Shown piece after piece: positions 62,820 through 64,000 of a stretch of 64,000 nucleotides of DNA. The number at the start of each line of letters is the position of its first letter. Position 1 is the first letter of the stretch. Position numbers and translations under genes: made by a program. This DNA comes from Octopus sinensis (taxonomy: Eukaryota): NCBI RefSeq assembly GCF_006345805.1, contig NC_043009.1:35092001-35156000 (forward strand). Reading direction: 5' to 3'. The notes beneath the pieces are model-generated. The model was not told the DNA's origin. It ran no database searches and worked only from the letters and a program-made list of their open reading frames with translations.

Positions 62820-63884
62820 AATAATTAACTTTCTGAAGGTGGCATATTGTCAGAGGAAACCCCAAGGACGTTTATAATGGTTTGTACATTAGGAGATGGC
62901 GCTCCAGCTTTATGAAGGGTTAAAAAATGGGCAGCAGAATTTAGGAGGCGAAAAGGATGATCTTGAAGATAATCCAAATTTTGGACGTCCTCCAACTGCC
63001 ACTACCGAGGAAACATTGATCGTGTTCACCACATGCTGATGACTGACAGGCGATTGCCTATAAAACGAATAGCCAATACTATAAGCATATACTGTGGGAT
63101 TGGTATGACGAAGGTTTCAGCTGCTTGGGTGCCACGTCTTCAGGCACCTGATCAAAAGCGCACCAGGCTGATCACATCACGGGAAATCTGACGTCGTTTG
63201 AAGCAGATCAAGCTGGCTACCGTTACTATTCACTAACCCAGGATGGGTTTTGGGTTCATTATTTTGTGCTTGAGACAAAGAGACAATCCATGCAGTGGAA
63301 ACACTTCTCTCAACTGCTTCGAAGAAGGCCGAGGTCGTTTCATCTGCTGAGAAGGTGATGTTTCAGTTTTTTAAGGATGCAAAGTGCATTGTGTTCATTG
63401 ACTATCTTCAGAAGGATCACAGCATCAGTGGAGAGTATTATGCCAACTTATTGAGGCAGTTACGAAAGGCTATCAAGACCAAATGCCCAGGAAAACTGAG
63501 GAGAGGGTCTTTTTTCATTAAGACAATGCTCCGGTACACAAATCCACAAGTCCTTGCTTCAATGGTCGATGTGCATAACTATTGCTTTGAACTGGTTGAT
63601 GACCATTCCTATTCTGATTTGGCCTCATCTGAATATCATCTGTTCCCCGACACGAAAACAAACTCAGCCAGTAACCAGTATCGCAGTGATGAAGATATCA
63701 TATTTGCTGTTAATGAAGTTTTTGACCAACAGGATGAAAGCTTCACCAATACGATCAAAGCAATGTGACATCGATGGAGAAGTGTGTGGACTGCTAGTGA
63801 GACTATGTTGAAAAATAAACCTCATTTGGTCATATTCCATGAGAATATCTTGGTCAGCCTATGACTTTTTCAGTCGACTCTCGT
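62820..63884 (+). mobile_element. mariner (Tc1/mariner superfamily) transposase pseudogene with 3' TIR
   Basis: VKKWAAEFRR..FGRP..AWVPRL..WVHYFVLETKRQSMQWKH..KVM..IVFIDYLQK..YYANLLRQLRKAIK..YSDLASSEYHLFP; ends GGTCAGCCTATGACTTTTTCAGTCGACTCTCGT. The 5' TIR was not seen. Confidence 0.92.
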
Positions 63885-64000
63885 GGACTGCAAGAATAGA
63901 TACGATAATTTTTCACACTGTTGGATCTTGGAGTGCCTGAGGACGCTGGGGGTTAATAAGAAGATATAAACATTTTATTGTGTATTTATTGTCGTTAGCA

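Overview
AT-rich, microsatellite-saturated eukaryotic DNA. The tRNA-derived SINE families and repeat landscape suggest an octopus or other coleoid cephalopod (inference, no database search). I found no host protein-coding gene I can support, no true tRNA/rRNA gene and no CRISPR array; the window looks intergenic or deep-intronic. The recognisable content is transposon debris. It includes a near-full-length but decayed Dong/R4-type (RLE) LINE plus three more fragments, a 5'-truncated CR1-type LINE with an intact 244-aa RT stretch, Tx1/L1-type and RTE-type LINE pieces, a Helitron RepHel N-terminus with 23-aa repeats, a mariner transposase pseudogene, about 15 SINEs from four families, and many Penelope-like element (PLE) fragments. 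The most striking unannotated signal is a population of nine minimal type-I hammerhead-ribozyme-like motifs, found by hand. Two have canonical CUGANGA...GAAA cores, five share a U4->C core (CCGAYGA) across three unrelated sequence families, and two carry other core changes. They occur in PLE-terminus-like elements, in a ~270-bp tandem dimer resembling a retrozyme, and in fold-back palindromes clustered at 41.4-47.3 kb. Target-site duplications also show a double SINE insertion at one site and a SINE trimer inserted as one unit. TE boundaries are approximate; ribozyme activity is untested.
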